A stretch of 64,000 bases of DNA from Chrysomallon squamiferum (lineage: Eukaryota > Animalia > Mollusca). The stretch covers positions 4,650,001 through 4,714,000 of the forward strand of contig CM022671.1 of the NCBI GenBank assembly GCA_012295275.1, written 5' to 3'. The translations under genes and the position numbers were made by a program. Below the pieces are notes generated by a model. It was not told where the DNA came from, did not search any database, and was given only the letters and a program-made list of their open reading frames with translations. This document shows positions 43,350 through 57,099 of the stretch, piece after piece; position 1 is the stretch's first letter, and the number at the start of each line of letters is the position of its first letter.

Positions 43350-46025
43350 AAATAAAGAAAGAAAAATGTGTGTAGATAATACTGATGTGGCAATTGCTAA
43401 TATATTTTATTTTATTTATTAGTAATTTATTATCATATTGTTATGATTAACGTCATAATGATCATTAGCAGTAGCAGAGGCAGTAGTAACAGAAATAATA
43501 GTCTTGGTAGTAGTTGTAGTTTCAATGGTTTTAGTAGTCGTAGTAATAGCAGCATCAGCAGTAGCCGTTGTAGAAGTAGTATTTGTAGTAAAAATAACAT
43601 CACCATCGTTGCTGTTAAACGTATCATTACATTTATCACAGTTTACCATTATCATCATTCTTACCACTGTCGCTATTATCATCATCATCATCGTTATTGT
43701 AGTTATTATTACTATTAGTATTATTATCATTGCTGTTGTTGATGTTGTTGTTACTGTTAATATTCCTCTTCTCCTTCCAGTATTAAAACATTCAGACACA
43801 ATAGAGACTGTGACAGTAGAAAACATAAATGTCCAGTAATCGCGTAGAGTAAAACCAGTCTACACACAGAATGAGACGTAATTACCTTCCTCTTACAGCT
43901 TACAAACTATCACTCTCGACTTCTTTTCACCACAAATGAAATAGAAGAAAAAAATTACCACCCAGCTAAATCTTTATTCCAGATATCCCCGAAGCTTTGT
44001 CGTCTTTGATAACGTCTGCGCTGCATCAGTATTGCATCAAGTACAAATACCGAACAATAAAGAATCCTTAATCCGCTAAATCGGTAGATTAGACTTTTGT
44101 ACAAATTCGTCAGAGCGAGGCTAAACAGGATCCCGGATTTATAGTCCACTGTTCTGAAGAGTTTTGTAGGAACTAGCAGAGATTTTCGTTTCTTTTCAGA
44201 AACAAATTAGTTTTTTTTTTTTTTTTGTTAAATTTCGTCCAATTATGTTATGCTAGCGATCTGCTAAAGATTTCCAGCAAATTTTGCTCCGGGCCTTTTG
44301 TAAACTTTTTCTTTACTCGTTTCTCGGTTAAATTAAGAAGGATTTTTAACCAAACAAGAACTTTACTTTGTTAAACCACTGCAGTACAGAAATGTTGTTA
44401 AATTAATTCGATTTTCAGCCACAGAAGAGTTTATAATTGAATTTCAGAAACTCTTGGTTGTTTGACATATCGTGAATGCATTTAAACAAATATTTAATAT
44501 CGACAATCTGTATAAGCCATTACTTTTACTGTCACCTGTAACATATTATAATACGAACAGCTTAGAATAAATATTCGTACATGTAACATCGACAATCTAT
44601 CTACACCATCATTTATATTATCGAATGTTAGACACATTATAGATGCACTAAATTTAATCTTTCTTAAATTTAATCAATCTGTACTGTTACGTATACTGTC
44701 TATTTTAAAGTATTGTATAGTTCGTTTAAAATAAATTGTTTCATGTTCAGCATGAACAGGCTAAATTAATATATATAGCTGCATTAAAATTAATCTTTCT
44801 TATATTTTAACATCATTAATATATCTATTCTCATTTATATTCATTGGCGTAAAAAAAAAAAAAAAAATGGCGACTTTAGAAAAAATTCGTTATATACTTA
44901 CTATTTATTCATGTTAATATAATATACTATGAACTGTTAAATACATCACGGACACATTCAAATTAATTTTTCTTACGTTGAGCATCGTAAACCCATCTAT
45001 TCTACCATTTATCTCGTCGACCTTAAGAAATTCCTGTGAACGATTCTTCAGTCTATCTAAATTAATATTTATAATAAAACGAAATAGGATCCTGGCAATG
45101 AAATCAAAACAGATTAATGTTTTCAGAGTCGTGGTTATTTGAAAAATGTTGTGAATGGAGAGCTATTTTCGTAATTTTAAATCTTGACGTATCTTCCACA
45201 ACGATTATTAAATTTTGTGTTAGTAATTATTTTCTCGAGAAAATCATGGCGATACCTTATCCAAGTAATAAGATTTGATTAATTGTCGGCTAGGAATGAT
45301 GTATAGAAATTAAGTAAATTTCGTTATTTTTTCATTACTGCCTGAACAAATTGAAAGTATAATTCGGAAAGAGTGATTAATTTACTTCTGTAAACCAAGA
45401 CTCGTGCAATGTTTTCTAAAGAAGCGAAATATTTTGTCTTCTTTCTCTCTTTAACACTTCTAAATTGAAATATGATATTTTTATGTATGTATGTATATAT
45501 ATGTGTGTGTGTGTGTATGGTGTGTGTATGTGTGTGGGTGTGTATCTGCATCAATGTACATATATTTATGTATATATGCGTATATGAATGTATGCATGTT
45601 TTATGTATGTATGTATGTATGAATGTATATAATAAGTATGTATGTATGTATCTGTATGAATGCATGTATGTATGTATCTGTATGAATGCATATATGTATG
45701 TATGTATGTGTGTATGTATATATGTATTTATGTATGTATGTATGTATGTATGTATGTATATATGTATGTATATAAATTATATATGCGTATATTTGTATGT
45801 ATGCATGCGTGTATGAATGTGTTACAAATGTGCATACACACGTGTCTCTGTGTACTAATGGATGGACGAAATGACAACGTAATGAGACACATATATCAAT
45901 ATTTATGCACGTATAATAATTTTCAAACGTTTCTGAAGACATCTGTCCTGAACCGTCACATTTCATCATCATCGTCACTAATAACTCGGTTTTGCTTTTA
46001 CTTTCGATTTCGCTTTCAATTGCAG

Positions 46026-46257
46026 CCGATGCATCGTCTTTACCACCACGGCCCTGGCTTCAGGTACCACGTCTACTGGCGTCCACGTGGCAGCACCTAC
46101 TGGAACTCCGCAATCGTCGACGATCCGTCGGCGTCGACGTTTGAAGTGGAGGTAGACGACGTCTACGGCATTTACGAAATTCTCGTCAAAGCCGAAAACG
46201 ACCTTGGCGAGTCTCACCAGCCAGCTTTTGTTTACCTGGGGCACTCTGGAGAGGGGG
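46026..46257 (+). CDS. Neuroglian/L1-like gene, exon 4: rest of FN3-2
   Basis: tgcag|CCGATG...|gtgagt, phase 0-1. PMHRLYHHGPGFRYHVYWR...YEILVKAENDLGES...GHSGEG corresponds to the L1-family HNGPGF and GYSGED motifs. Confidence 0.96.
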
Positions 46258-46383
46258 GTGAGTAAGGGCGGATCCCCAAAGAATCTGGGAGGGGATCGAA
46301 GGGGAATTTGATGGAAAATATTTCATTACATATAATGGAGTTTCTGTGGGGTTTTATTATCGTTGTTGTTGGTGGTGTTATTG

Positions 46384-46487
<104 letters not shown>

Positions 46488-46895
46488 CATTATTATTACT
46501 AGTACTACTGTTATTACTATTATTATTACTATTATTATTATTACTGCTATTTATTATTATTACATTTAGTATTATTAGTATTCTTCTTCGTCTTTTTCTT
46601 CTTCTTCTTCTTCTTATTATTATTATTATTGTTGTTGTTATTGTTATTGTTATTACTATCACTGTTTAATTGTTTTAATCAAAACTTAGACATGATGTCG
46701 AATAAATATTCATTGGTTTCGCTATTAAATGTTTATCTGTTGTCAATAAATTGTAACTCTACATTGCAAACTATTTATTAAGTTATCATAATTTTTTTTT
46801 TTTTTTTATTGTTTATATTTTACTTTTATTTTATTTCATTTTATTGTTTGTTTGTTTATTTTTTATTATTATTATCATTATTTTATTATTTTTAG

Positions 46896-47026
46896 AACCT
46901 ATCGTTTCGCCTAAGGATTTTAGGCTTGACCCAACTAAACCGGTACAGCCCCATGTGGCGCATTTCATCTGGGAATCAGTTGATGAGGAGATTGACAACA
47001 TCCGGGGACGTTTTGTAGGGTACAAG
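46896..47026 (+). CDS. Neuroglian/L1-like gene, exon 5: first half of FN3-3
   Basis: ttttag|...|gtaaat, phase 1-0. EPIVSPKDF...AHFIWESVDEEIDNIRGRFVGYK. Confidence 0.93.
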
Positions 47027-47774
47027 GTAAATACACTGGTTTTTCTAAAAAGATTAAGCATTAATAATAATAATAATAATGATGATGATGATGAATGATG
47101 ATGATGATGATGATGATGATGAATATTATTATTGTTAACTGTTAACAATTAATGGAATGAAAAAAATAGAATATTATTATTATTATTATTATTATTATCA
47201 TCATCATCATCATCATCATTGTTATTGTTGTTGTTTTGTTGTTATTCTCATATGCATTATTTCATAAATATTTTCCAGTTTTAAAGCTTTTTAATCAAAT
47301 TTAAATCTTCGATTTTTAGTAATCTGAAATGAATCGCTAAATAAATTACTAACCTGGTACTAAATAAGAATTAAAAATAGCCAACATTCTTAAAACAAGA
47401 TCACACAGTTTATTTTATAGACAGCACAACTTTTAAATAAAACTTTTTCACTGTACGTTGCCTAGTGGAAGGACATCCCGCTGAAACAAGTGAATGAAGG
47501 GATCGATCCATCGCGCTGAAATATTTCTCGTTCCAACCATGACCTCATAATCAAAGACCCGCGATATCCCGCAATGAGTTTTGACAGAAATTAATATGAA
47601 CGATTCCTCGCTATAAATCACTATAAATACATCTCACTTTCACATTTAGCATCAAAATAAAAATTAAAATCAGACGCCATATTCTGTAGACGTACAGTTA
47701 AAACACATGAAATACATGAGATATCACACATCTAAAGAGTTAACCAGATATTTCTCCTCTGTTTTGTTTTGCAG

Positions 47775-47985
47775 CTCAGATACTGGAAGTCGAGCGAAGG
47801 GCGACTGAAGAAGAACGAGGTGGACATCATCATGCAGGACCACCACAGCGACTGGAACCCCGACGTGCGCGTGGCCCTGCCCAACCTCCCTGCCTACACC
47901 GCCCTGCGGGCCCAGGTGGCAGTGATGAACTCCCACTACACGGGCCCGCCCAGTCAGACCATAGATTTCTTTACACCTGAAGGAG
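47775..47985 (+). CDS. Neuroglian/L1-like gene, exon 6: second half of FN3-3
   Basis: ttgcag|...|gtggga, phase 0-1. LRYWK...LPAYTALRAQVAVMNSHYTGPPSQTIDFFTPEG ends in the L1-family F-TPEG motif. Confidence 0.94.
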
Positions 47986-48560
47986 GTGGGATGTTTTTTT
48001 TTATTAGTGTTTTTATTTTTTATTAGTGTTTTAACGTCATCAGTCGTCGTCATTATCAGCATTTGTTATTGTTATTCATCATTAACATTACTGTCGTCGT
48101 CGTCATTATCATCATCATTGTTGTTGTTATTCTTGTGTTTGTTTGATGTAACATTAATGTAGTTGATGTATGATGTGTATGTATGTATGTGTGGTTTTGT
48201 GTGTGTGTGTATGTATGTTATGTATGTGTGTATGTATGTATGTATGTATGTATGTATGTGTGTATGTGTATGTATGTATGTATATATGTATATGTATGTG
48301 TGTATGTATGTGTGTATGTATGTATGTATGTATGTGTGTATGTATGTATATATGTGTGTGTGTATGTATGTATGTATGTATGTATGTATGTATGTATGTA
48401 TGTATTGTATGTACATCTACTCCACCACTAATATTACTGCTGTGAATAATAATGATGATTATGATGTTGATGATTATGGTAATGATGATTATTAAGATGT
48501 TATACATACATGATCACACACACACACATATATAGATATACATACATATTAGAGAGAGAG

Positions 48561-48595
<35 letters not shown>

Positions 48596-49449
48596 GAGAT
48601 AGAGAAAATAATCATATACAAAGACATATGTTAATCATTGAAATGTTATCGAAATTGAAAAACGATCTCTAGAAAAGCGAATGCCTAATTTACGTCACCT
48701 TTCTTTGTAGTTAATACTTTCTCTGCACCGAAAAACAAATCTTTTTACTGTTGCGTAACATACAAGAAAACAATATTAGCTACCAGACAGCCACAATAAA
48801 CTAGCCTCCAGAGTGCGATACAAACACCAGAGAAAACAAAAACATTAAGAAAAATAAGCTTCATTAACGGACAAAACCTTCGAACGTTCAGCTGAAACAT
48901 TTCCAATTTCCTGATAGCGGCAATATTTCACGCATATTAAACGGATGCATAATACGAAGCAATATCCGTAATGTGTCCATAATTTCCAAAAAAAAAAAAA
49001 ATATCACGAGCGCGTGAGAATTCGAAAAATCATAAAAAGCAAATCGACTGAGCGATTGTTAATTAAGTAAAGCTCATTTTGTCGCCGGCATTCCTCTGTT
49101 TTTGGAATGTTCACGCTATCGTTTTGAATTACAGTTTTGCCAAACGTGGTCGTAATGTTGATACAAGCGGAGTCCTTTTCTGTTTGATGATATTTTTCGA
49201 CTTAATGGCGAGTTGCTGTGAAAACAGCGAGTTAAAACCTTCGTGTTTCAGACATCAAAGTAATTCTCGGTTGTCTGACAAACTGAAATCAATTTGTAGT
49301 TGGTAGGTTTTTTTTTTGGTTTCGATTTTATTGTTATTCGTTCAGCATGTGGGATCATGTTTCGTGATGTCTTTGTTCTGTTTGTTATCCAAACCTTGGC
49401 TCTTTCGCTTAATCTCTATTCTTATATTCTCTCTCTCTATCTCTCTCTA

Positions 49450-49522
<73 letters not shown>

Positions 49523-49543
49523 CTATCTATCTGTCTCTCTATA

Positions 49544-49579
<36 letters not shown>

Positions 49580-50056
49580 TAACTTTCTAATTTTATTTCT
49601 TTTTCTATAACATAGAAAATTTTATTTCTTTTTTTATATAATGTAGAAAATTAATACTAAAAATTAGTGTGTTAATGCAATAATAATAATAATAATAATA
49701 ATAAACAATTTCTACATAAAGGTGTCCCTATATTATGCCATAATCAACCTCAGAATTATACAGAAAAAAAACACATTCACATACACAAAACACAGGCATG
49801 CACGCACACCCATACGCATGCAAACAAACATAAAGACTTCATACAAACAAGGGTAAAATATAAAAATTATTTAAACGAAAAACGGATCGTTCTTCAAAAT
49901 TAATCTGTATGTAAACAGCTTAATAATATATGTGCACAAAAATATCTAACAATTACAAAAAAAAACAAATATCGTTATTTCAAATATACACGTATGTAAA
50001 CAGCTTAATGTTTGTGTTTATTTATTTATGACCTTTGTTCTTCATTTTTTTTCCAG

Positions 50057-50179
50057 CTCCGGGACCTGTGAGAGAACTGCACGTGGAAGCTACGGGCATG
50101 AAATATGTTTTATTAAAATGGCTGCCTCCAGACGAGCCAAATGGCGTGCTAACCGGATATAACATTGGATATCAAGAAG
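50057..50179 (+). CDS. Neuroglian/L1-like gene, exon 7: first half of FN3-4
   Basis: ttccag|...|gtatct, phase 1-1. PGPVRELH...LLKWLPPDEPNGVLTGYNIGYQ. Confidence 0.93.
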
Positions 50180-50541
50180 GTATCTCGTCATTAGCAAAAA
50201 CCATACGGTTACGTTAATAATTAAAATCTATTGTCAGAACTCGTCGACCTTGTCGACCTTGGGTCACCTGGTCCTGAACGGAGAGGAGGAAAACAGGTCA
50301 ATGATAAAATAATTTCGTCATGGGTTGGCAACGTCAATTAGTTTTCCGTTCCGGTCAATGTTAACTGTTTCGGAAATTATTTTTGCGTGTGATTTTAAAA
50401 ATCTTTTGACAAGGCGTGTGATACATTTTTTTACTATACTGTTGTGAGTCGTTGTTATGTTAACAAATCTGTGACGTCATATTTTTAATCGAAGTGGGGT
50501 TTGCCAGCGCGTACTCTATTGTCTCCTACTTTTTTTTGTAT

Positions 50542-50578
<37 letters not shown>

Positions 50579-50933
50579 TTTTTATTTTTATTTTTATTTT
50601 TATTTTTTTTTTTATTATTATTTATTTTTTTATTTATTTATTTGTTGTTGCTGTTGTTAAAGAAGGAGGTTTTTTTTTAGGTTTTTTTTTTAGCTTTTTT
50701 GTTTCCCCCTTCCCTTTCTTCTTTTTCTTTTCTTTTAATAACAAAGTTCGTCTCATCTCCAGGAACCACCTCTGATATGTTTTCTTCATTATAACCTGTA
50801 GAGATGGTATGTAGCAGATATCCACGTTTTCTTTTTAAGCACAAGACATTGACTCGTTCTGTACAGAAACATGGAGACCGTTAACAAATCATGTTTGTTT
50901 TAATATTAATAAAAATTTATATTATTTCTTCAG

Positions 50934-51110
50934 CTGTCAACGGAACGTTTGGAAAGTTCACCCCCCTCAGTCCCCGAATCAACAATCCCTCCACCCTAGG
51001 GGCGAGAATAACAGGCCTGGAGACCAGCCACCAGTACAGATTCCACGTTACCGCCCGCACCAAGAGTGCCAAGGGCGTGCCCCAGTACATCGACATCAAA
51101 ACTGCTAGTG
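50934..51110 (+). CDS. Neuroglian/L1-like gene, exon 8: second half of FN3-4 (donor may instead be at 51116)
   Basis: cttcag| acceptor. VNGTFGK...ARITGLETSHQYRFHVTARTKSAKG...IKTAS. Two in-frame GT donors lie 6 nt apart. Confidence 0.9.
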
Positions 51111-51398
51111 GTAAACGTACGTATATCAGTATAAGTAGAAAGTGGTATGTTCGTGTATACCAGTGTTTTCACAGTGTTTGATATATATTTAGAGCTATGT
51201 GGTTTTATAACTAAATATATATTAGTTTATGTTAAACAGAATTTGGGTATTTTTTTTACATTTATGTTTGTATAAGTTATGTTCAAAAATCTGTTGGTGT
51301 ATTTTAAAAGATAGGTTGGTATGTGTCTAAGAAACATATAGATGTATATGCGTGATGTGTGGATGTATTCTTTAATTTTATTAATGAATGTATATTTG

Positions 51399-51488
<90 letters not shown>

Positions 51489-52389
51489 ACTGAACATTTG
51501 GAACCATTTTAAGATACTGCCATTACAATCTTAAACACCCCAAAACGTTAATAATAAAGTTCAGTGACAATTTATGTCTAGCTACCATTTTAAAACTTCT
51601 CTAACATCTTGTGCACATTTTCATCTTCTTCTTTTTTTTATCTTTACCTCTTCCTGCTTCGCTTTCATGCAGATTAATATATATTCTTTCCATTTCTAAT
51701 AAATATTTATAAATGTCTATTTCTATCACTGACGAATGATTTGGTTTTTTAGCGCACGCATGTTTTTCTCAATTCAGAATAGCAACAGCTCACGTCAGAT
51801 CTGCGTGAATTGTTGAATGTGTCGTCATTAATAATAGAGATCTCATTAATATCATTTGCACTGCTGTTCTTACAACGGTCTATTCTCCTGTGTAGAGTTC
51901 TGCCGTTTGTAGATCGTTCGAAACTTTATTTAGTGTTACTCCTTTATTATTATTATTATTATTATTATAACAAAACTCTGTTCTTTAAAAAGACTTAAGA
52001 ACCATTCTTGTTCGTTTTTAAAAGAAAATTTCGTTCTAAAATGATATACTAGTAACAAGAACCGCATATGCTTGTTTTAAAAATAAATATTTTCTAATAA
52101 TTAATTATTCTTTGATTATAAAAAAAAATAAAAATAATGATTAAAAATATATTTTGTTGTTTCACTACCTTTCTAACAACAGAACCACATCCGTTTTAAA
52201 AATCACATACTGCTAAAAATCTAATCTTCGTTCTTGAATGTTGTATTGTGTTAAGAAAAATAGAATAATGTCTACTGCTTCTGTTCTAAAAGGGATGTTC
52301 GTGTTAAAAAGAAATTTTTTATTATAATAAACCAAACTTCATTCCAAGAAACATATTTATAAAGCTAAGACGAACCCTTGTTTTTCATT

Positions 52390-53255
52390 TCAAAATAAAA
52401 TTTCTGCTGAAAACAAATTAATCTTCATTCAAAGGATGTTTTAGCTCAAATAAGAAAACTGTTTTGTATTTAACTTAGTTTCGAATGGATCATTTCCTTA
52501 TGAAATAAAATATATGCTGAAAACAAATTAATCTTCATTCTAAGAGTACAAAAGGATATTTAATGTTTTGTTAAGAATATTGTTATATATTTTAGTTATA
52601 TTCAAATAGGCCACTTCTGCTCAAAACAAATTATATTCATTTTAGTAGTATATATATATATATATATGGGTATTTTATGCTCTGTTGAAAATATTATTAT
52701 GTGTTTCATTTATATTCAAAAAGGACAGTTCGTTTTGAAATAAAATATTTGCCGAATACAAACTAATCTTCATTCTTGCAGCAAAAACTGATATTTATTG
52801 TGGTTTTAAAAATATCATTATGCATTTTATTTATATTAAAATAGACCAATTCCGCTGAAAACAAACAAATATTCATTCTAGCATATAAGGGTATTTTGTG
52901 CTGCTAAAAATGTCATTTTCTATTTTACTTATATTAAAATAGACCAATCCTGTTGAAAACAAGTAAATATTCGTTATAAGAATACATAAAGGTATTTAAT
53001 GTTGTATTAAAAATATCATTTTGTATTTTACTTATATTAAAATAGGCCAGTTCATTCTAAGAGTGTATAGGGGAATTTACAGTGCTATGTTAAAAACATC
53101 ATTTTGTATTTTACTTGTATTACAATAGGCCAGTTCATTCTAAGAGTGTGTAGTGTATTTACAGTGCTGTGTTAAAAACATCATTTTGTATTTTACTTGT
53201 ATTACAGTAGGCCAGTTCATTCTAAGGGTGTGTAGGGTATTTACAGTGCTATGTT
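52390..53255. repeat. Degenerate intronic tandem repeat; last units ~82-83 bp, earlier units longer and more diverged
   Basis: ggccagttcattctaag at 53045, 53128 and 53210; upstream units share aaaacaaattaatcttcattc. Confidence 0.85.
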
Positions 53256-53283
53256 ATCATGTTTGTTACTTCTGTTCTGACAG

Positions 53284-53400
53284 CGCCCGTTCCACCCAGT
53301 CCTCTTTTAGCCAACGTTAATGATGCGAGTGCAAATTTATCCTGGACGAGAAATCAACATTCCAGTAACGATCATTATTATCTAGAATACAGAATGCTTG
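53284..53400 (+). CDS. Neuroglian/L1-like gene, exon 9: first half of FN3-5
   Basis: ctgacag|...|gtaaga, phase 1-1. PVPPSPLLANVNDASANLSW...YYLEYRML. Confidence 0.88.
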
Positions 53401-54048
53401 GTAAGAAAGCATTAATACACACAAACATACATACATATATACATATACATAATGTAATAAAGCGTAAATATATAAACTTATTTATCTGTATTTCGTAATC
53501 TAATTAACGATATTCTTAAAAAGACTTACGCTGATATGAAAAATGTTCAAATATATTTATTATAATTTATTTCCAGCTGATTGTTTTATTTTTTACTAGC
53601 CACCAACCTTTATTAATAATAAAGTAGGATAATACTATAATGATGTTGTACAGAGAAATGTAAAATTATTTGTTTATAATGAGTAATTTGGTTGAGGAAA
53701 ATATTAATGTTCTCTAAAAGAAATTAGTATATTTAAACCGTTAATTAATCTTACATGTTAAATTACTAAATAAGTTTTTAAGTTAAATTTTTATTAATAT
53801 CATCACAGAAAAAGTCTGATCATAAAAAATGTATCAGAATTTAAATATAAACTAACAATATAATAATTTCCTATCTCGTAAATATTACATCACGTTTTAT
53901 CTACAGTCTCTTTTTCCAATAAGCACTGACTGTTTATTTTATTTTATTTTTTTTTTTGGTTACTAAGAACACTGAAATGGGCATAATTTGTCGAGATGGA
54001 CCAATAAACAAAGAAACAAAACACAGAAGCAAACTGAATTCACCAGTT

Positions 54049-54499
54049 CTGGGCTGATAACCAATTAAATAAAGATTTAAACGAAATATAAACAGTTAAA
54101 CGTGTTCTCCAACACACGTAAATCTGACTCACTGCTGGCCAACTGAATACGCTAATTTAGCTTAATTATTTTCTGATTATGTTTAGTTTTTTATTATTAT
54201 GGTTGATTGCAGCAGAGCAGATTTCTTTCATTAAATTTACCAGATGGTAATATACTACAAGAATATGTTCATTTAACCGTTAGCAATATAAATTAAATTG
54301 TGCAGATACTGTCTTTGACAAAAGCCAGGGAAGAAGAAGAACAAAAAAAAACACTTTATTTTCAAAAATATTTGATTCATTATGAGCTGGACTCATTTTA
54401 GTGATTTAGCCCAAAATCTGTGATTATTAGCCCTGCCTGTGCGATTATCTGCCCTAACTCCGAAGTTATTGGCCCTCCTCGCGATAATTATCAGCCCTG
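54049..54499. mobile_element. Candidate ~450-bp MITE with 12-bp imperfect TIRs
   Basis: CTGGGCTGATAA (54049-54060) versus TTATCAGCCCTG (54488-54499), with ~21-bp subterminal ttat-gccc repeats. No target-site duplication seen. Confidence 0.35.
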
Positions 54500-54743
54500 C
54501 TTCCATGGTTTGACCTACTTCGGTGGTTACAACACTGGATTCAGGCGGCGTTATTAGACCCGAAAGATATATTTATTAGCCACTTTTTTGTTGTTTTATT
54601 TATTGGCCCAGGATCGATGAAATTCTTTATATATTTCGGTGTTCTTGGTAAATTTTTATTATTATTTTTTTTTTTTTTCTTGCTTCACGACTTTTTTCTT
54701 CATTTTTCTTGCACGCTTGCCTGTCTTTTCTTCACAACCAAAG

Positions 54744-54905
54744 GAGACGTAAACTGGAAGAAAACGAGTATAGTTCACAATAAAAACTGGCAGGTTTTAA
54801 ACCACCTGGCACCAGATGCCAAGTACGAAGTGCGGGTCATAGCGAGGAATGGTCTGGGGGACGTGGCCAGCAGCCGGCCAGTCTTGCTGTCCACTGGTCT
54901 TAAAG
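54744..54905 (+). CDS. Neuroglian/L1-like gene, exon 10: second half of FN3-5
   Basis: caaag|GAGAC...|gtagtt, phase 1-1. DVNWKK...VLNHLAPDAKYEVRVIARN...LLSTGLK has the FN3 LxPxxxYxxRVxAxN motif. Confidence 0.9.
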
Positions 54906-55987
54906 GTAGTTGTCCACTAGTGTCCACTAGTTCATCCTGGCTTCTTCCTTTCCCTTGTAGAATCCAAATGCTTCTTCTGATAGAAAAAGTGTAGTGGAAA
55001 CCCTTTTTTTTTTTTTTTTTTTTTTAAAACTCAATAGAAACTGTTTGGAGTAGAATTCCTTTCAGTGTTGTATGTAGAAAACATTGTAGTCCAGTTTAGT
55101 AGAAGATATTAAAGTAGAATATTCTTTGTTAGTAGTAGATTTTATATCTGTAATCTGTTTAGTAGAATACTGAAATCGAATCCTTTTAGTGGTGGTAATA
55201 GAATAAATTATTTTTAAAATCTTTTTTTTTTTTTACAGTGTATATAATAACTTTAGTATGTTTAATCAAAAGTAATCATTTCAGTTAAATTATATTTAAT
55301 GTTTTTTTATTATTATCATGCCATACTTATATAGGACTTTTTCATACTAGGGTGCTTTATAGAAAATATGCAGTAAAATAACCTTTATTATTGTTGGTAG
55401 GATATATATTTTTAAACCATGTTTTGTTTTGGTAGAATTAACTTGTTTTGTTGTGTTTTTAGTAATTAACCTTTGTTTTCTGGTTCCATTTGTACAACTT
55501 ATCCTCTGTATAATATAATTATGTTTAATCATTTACCTCATAACCATCATATCCTTTACTGTAATTTTCTATTGTCCTTTGTGATAGCAGAATTCGTTTG
55601 TTTAAAGCTTAAAAACCTTTGTCTTTAAAACCAAGTGTTGAATGTTGGTTTGTCCTGCACCTTTTTTTTTTCAGTTATCTTGTAACATCAGAAGCGCAGT
55701 ACGAAATATTATTGCGTGAAAACCAACAAATTCTGTTATTAGTGTTGAAATTAGTTGATCAATTATTTACAAATGTACAGTGTTGTGCTGGTTAGAATAA
55801 TTATGACTTTTATGTTTTATATTTATTAGATCACCTCTGTTGCTTCAAGCACATTCTGATAACGTTTTCTTTTATTGCATATATGTTTGTTTTTTTACTC
55901 TCTCTTTCTCAAAGTCACTGTCTCTTCTTTTTCTTCTTTTTTCTTCTTCTTCTTCTTCTTCTTCTTTCTTCTACTTCTTCTTCATCT

Positions 55988-56129
<142 letters not shown>

Positions 56130-56510
56130 TGTGTGTCTAGTTTCACTCAAAACTGAAATACTATACGTATTCAAGCTGATGATTTAATATCACGATAATG
56201 ATAAAGACGATGGTTGTGATCGTGAAGATGATGATGAATGAAAGGATGGATGAATTAATTAATTAATTAAAGAAGACGAGAGCAGAAATACAGCGACCCA
56301 CGCACTGTTCGGTGAAAATTGCAGTATCTTAGACAGACTGGTTTGTATGCCCATCACAAGCGTGCACGAATGTTCAGCCATAAGTGTATCTAACATCGAT
56401 AACTTATTAATTGGGAAACATTTAATATAATTGATTTATATTTTATAGCATGGTGTGTGTCTGTGTGTGCGTGCGTGTGTGTGTGTTTGTCTATGTTTCA
56501 ATATATATGT

Positions 56511-56549
<39 letters not shown>

Positions 56550-56580
56550 TTTTTATTAATATTTGTTTTCTTCTTTTCAG

Positions 56581-56714
56581 AACAAAGGAACTACTATCGT
56601 TTAGCCAATGACGAATTACAGGAACTGTACGAACCATTCTCGGGAGCTGAGCAAACTTCGCTTTCATTGGCTGTCCTGGTGTTAATGAATATCACGTGGT
56701 TCGTTCTCAGATGA
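56581..56714 (+). CDS. Neuroglian/L1-like gene, exon 11: C-terminus with GPI-anchor-type signal
   Basis: Strong acceptor ttttcttcttttcag|. The phase-1 continuation gives EQRNYYRLANDELQELYEPFSGAEQTSLSLAVLVLMNITWFVLR then TGA (56712-56714): small residues SGA, polar spacer, hydrophobic tail. Confidence 0.82.
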
Positions 56715-57099
56715 CATGAACTGACGAAGCACGTGCAATGAGCGCAAAAATGACACCAAGAAAGACGTCAAAGAGGTTGTTTTTCAAAACACATCAGAAA
56801 AAACCCACACAATTTTGTTAAGATTGTACAAAGATCTTTTTCTTTTAGGAAATATGCAAGCAGTAACGATCTATTTGTTCTAAAAACTGTTTTTTTACTT
56901 GACAGATTAGCGTGTCCATGAACAGAAATTGTACTTTCTTTAAGGTCGTCAGTCTTAGACTGTCGAATCACGTGACTGAGTTTGGCAACTTGCCAGTCCA
57001 CAAATTGCACATCCTATCCAATTTGAAAGTCTGAGCGCTCGTAAAATTCTATTGTCGTCGTTTACGTTGCTTACGACGTCGGTTTTATCAAATTTATAA

